DNA of 64,000 nt from Octopus sinensis. Its lineage: Eukaryota. The stretch spans positions 124,310,001 to 124,374,000 of the forward strand of contig NC_042998.1 in NCBI RefSeq assembly GCF_006345805.1, given 5' to 3'. How positions within the stretch are numbered: position 1 is the stretch's first letter; every line of letters begins with the position of its first letter. Positions 63,753-64,000 of this stretch are shown in pieces. A program made the position numbers and the translations under genes. Under the pieces are notes generated by a model. It saw only the letters and a list, made by a program, of their open reading frames with translations, did not search any database and was not told the origin of the DNA.

Positions 63753-63965
63753 GTGTGTGTGTGTATGACTTCCCTTGCCCCACACCATTACTTGCCAACC
63801 GATGCTGGTGTGGTTATGCCCCCCTAACTTAACAGTTCGGCAAAAGAGATCAATAGAATAAGTACTAGGTTTACAAAGAATAAGTCCTGGAGTCTTTGTT
63901 TGACTTAAAGCTGTGCTCCAGATGGCTACAGTCAAATGACTGAAACACGTAAAATAATAAAAGAA
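63543..63965 (+). mobile_element. Full-length family-1 SINE with internal (TA)n(TG)n
   Basis: Head AGGCGCAGGAGTGGGTGTGTGGTAAG, microsatellite at about 63704-63765, tail ending CAGTCAAATGACTGAAACAC. Confidence 0.88.
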
Positions 63966-64000
63966 TATATATATATATATAATATATATATATATATATA

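Overview
Very AT-rich, microsatellite-dense animal DNA with no prokaryotic features and no recognisable host gene. The SINE and MITE families look like octopus/cephalopod repeats, recognised from memory and not from a database search. The first ~10 kb is a nested pile of mobile elements. It holds a Tc1/mariner relic and a same-orientation series of R4/Dong-like LINE pieces plus a 610-bp non-coding passenger, separated by (TAA)n tracts. It also holds a decayed Mutator-like transposase whose end is folded back into a ~1.09-kb near-perfect palindrome around (AT)12, and a second R4-like lineage tied to (CATA)n. The best find is a 5'-truncated Penelope-like element (GIY-YIG ORF, 28621-29295). Its 3' pseudo-LTR contains five fixed-spacing ATTGG-N9-TGATGACGTC modules, then a TATA box, a splice donor, and a degenerate hammerhead ribozyme whose loop II is exactly a 3' splice site. 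That suggests splicing and self-cleavage are mutually exclusive (inference). The rest contains tRNA-derived SINEs, Tc1, mariner (DD34D) and maT-like elements, a piggyBac-type MITE, a possible Helitron end and a few unconfirmed small exons. Most ORF-track entries are microsatellite artefacts. Boundaries were read by eye and are approximate unless a motif is quoted.
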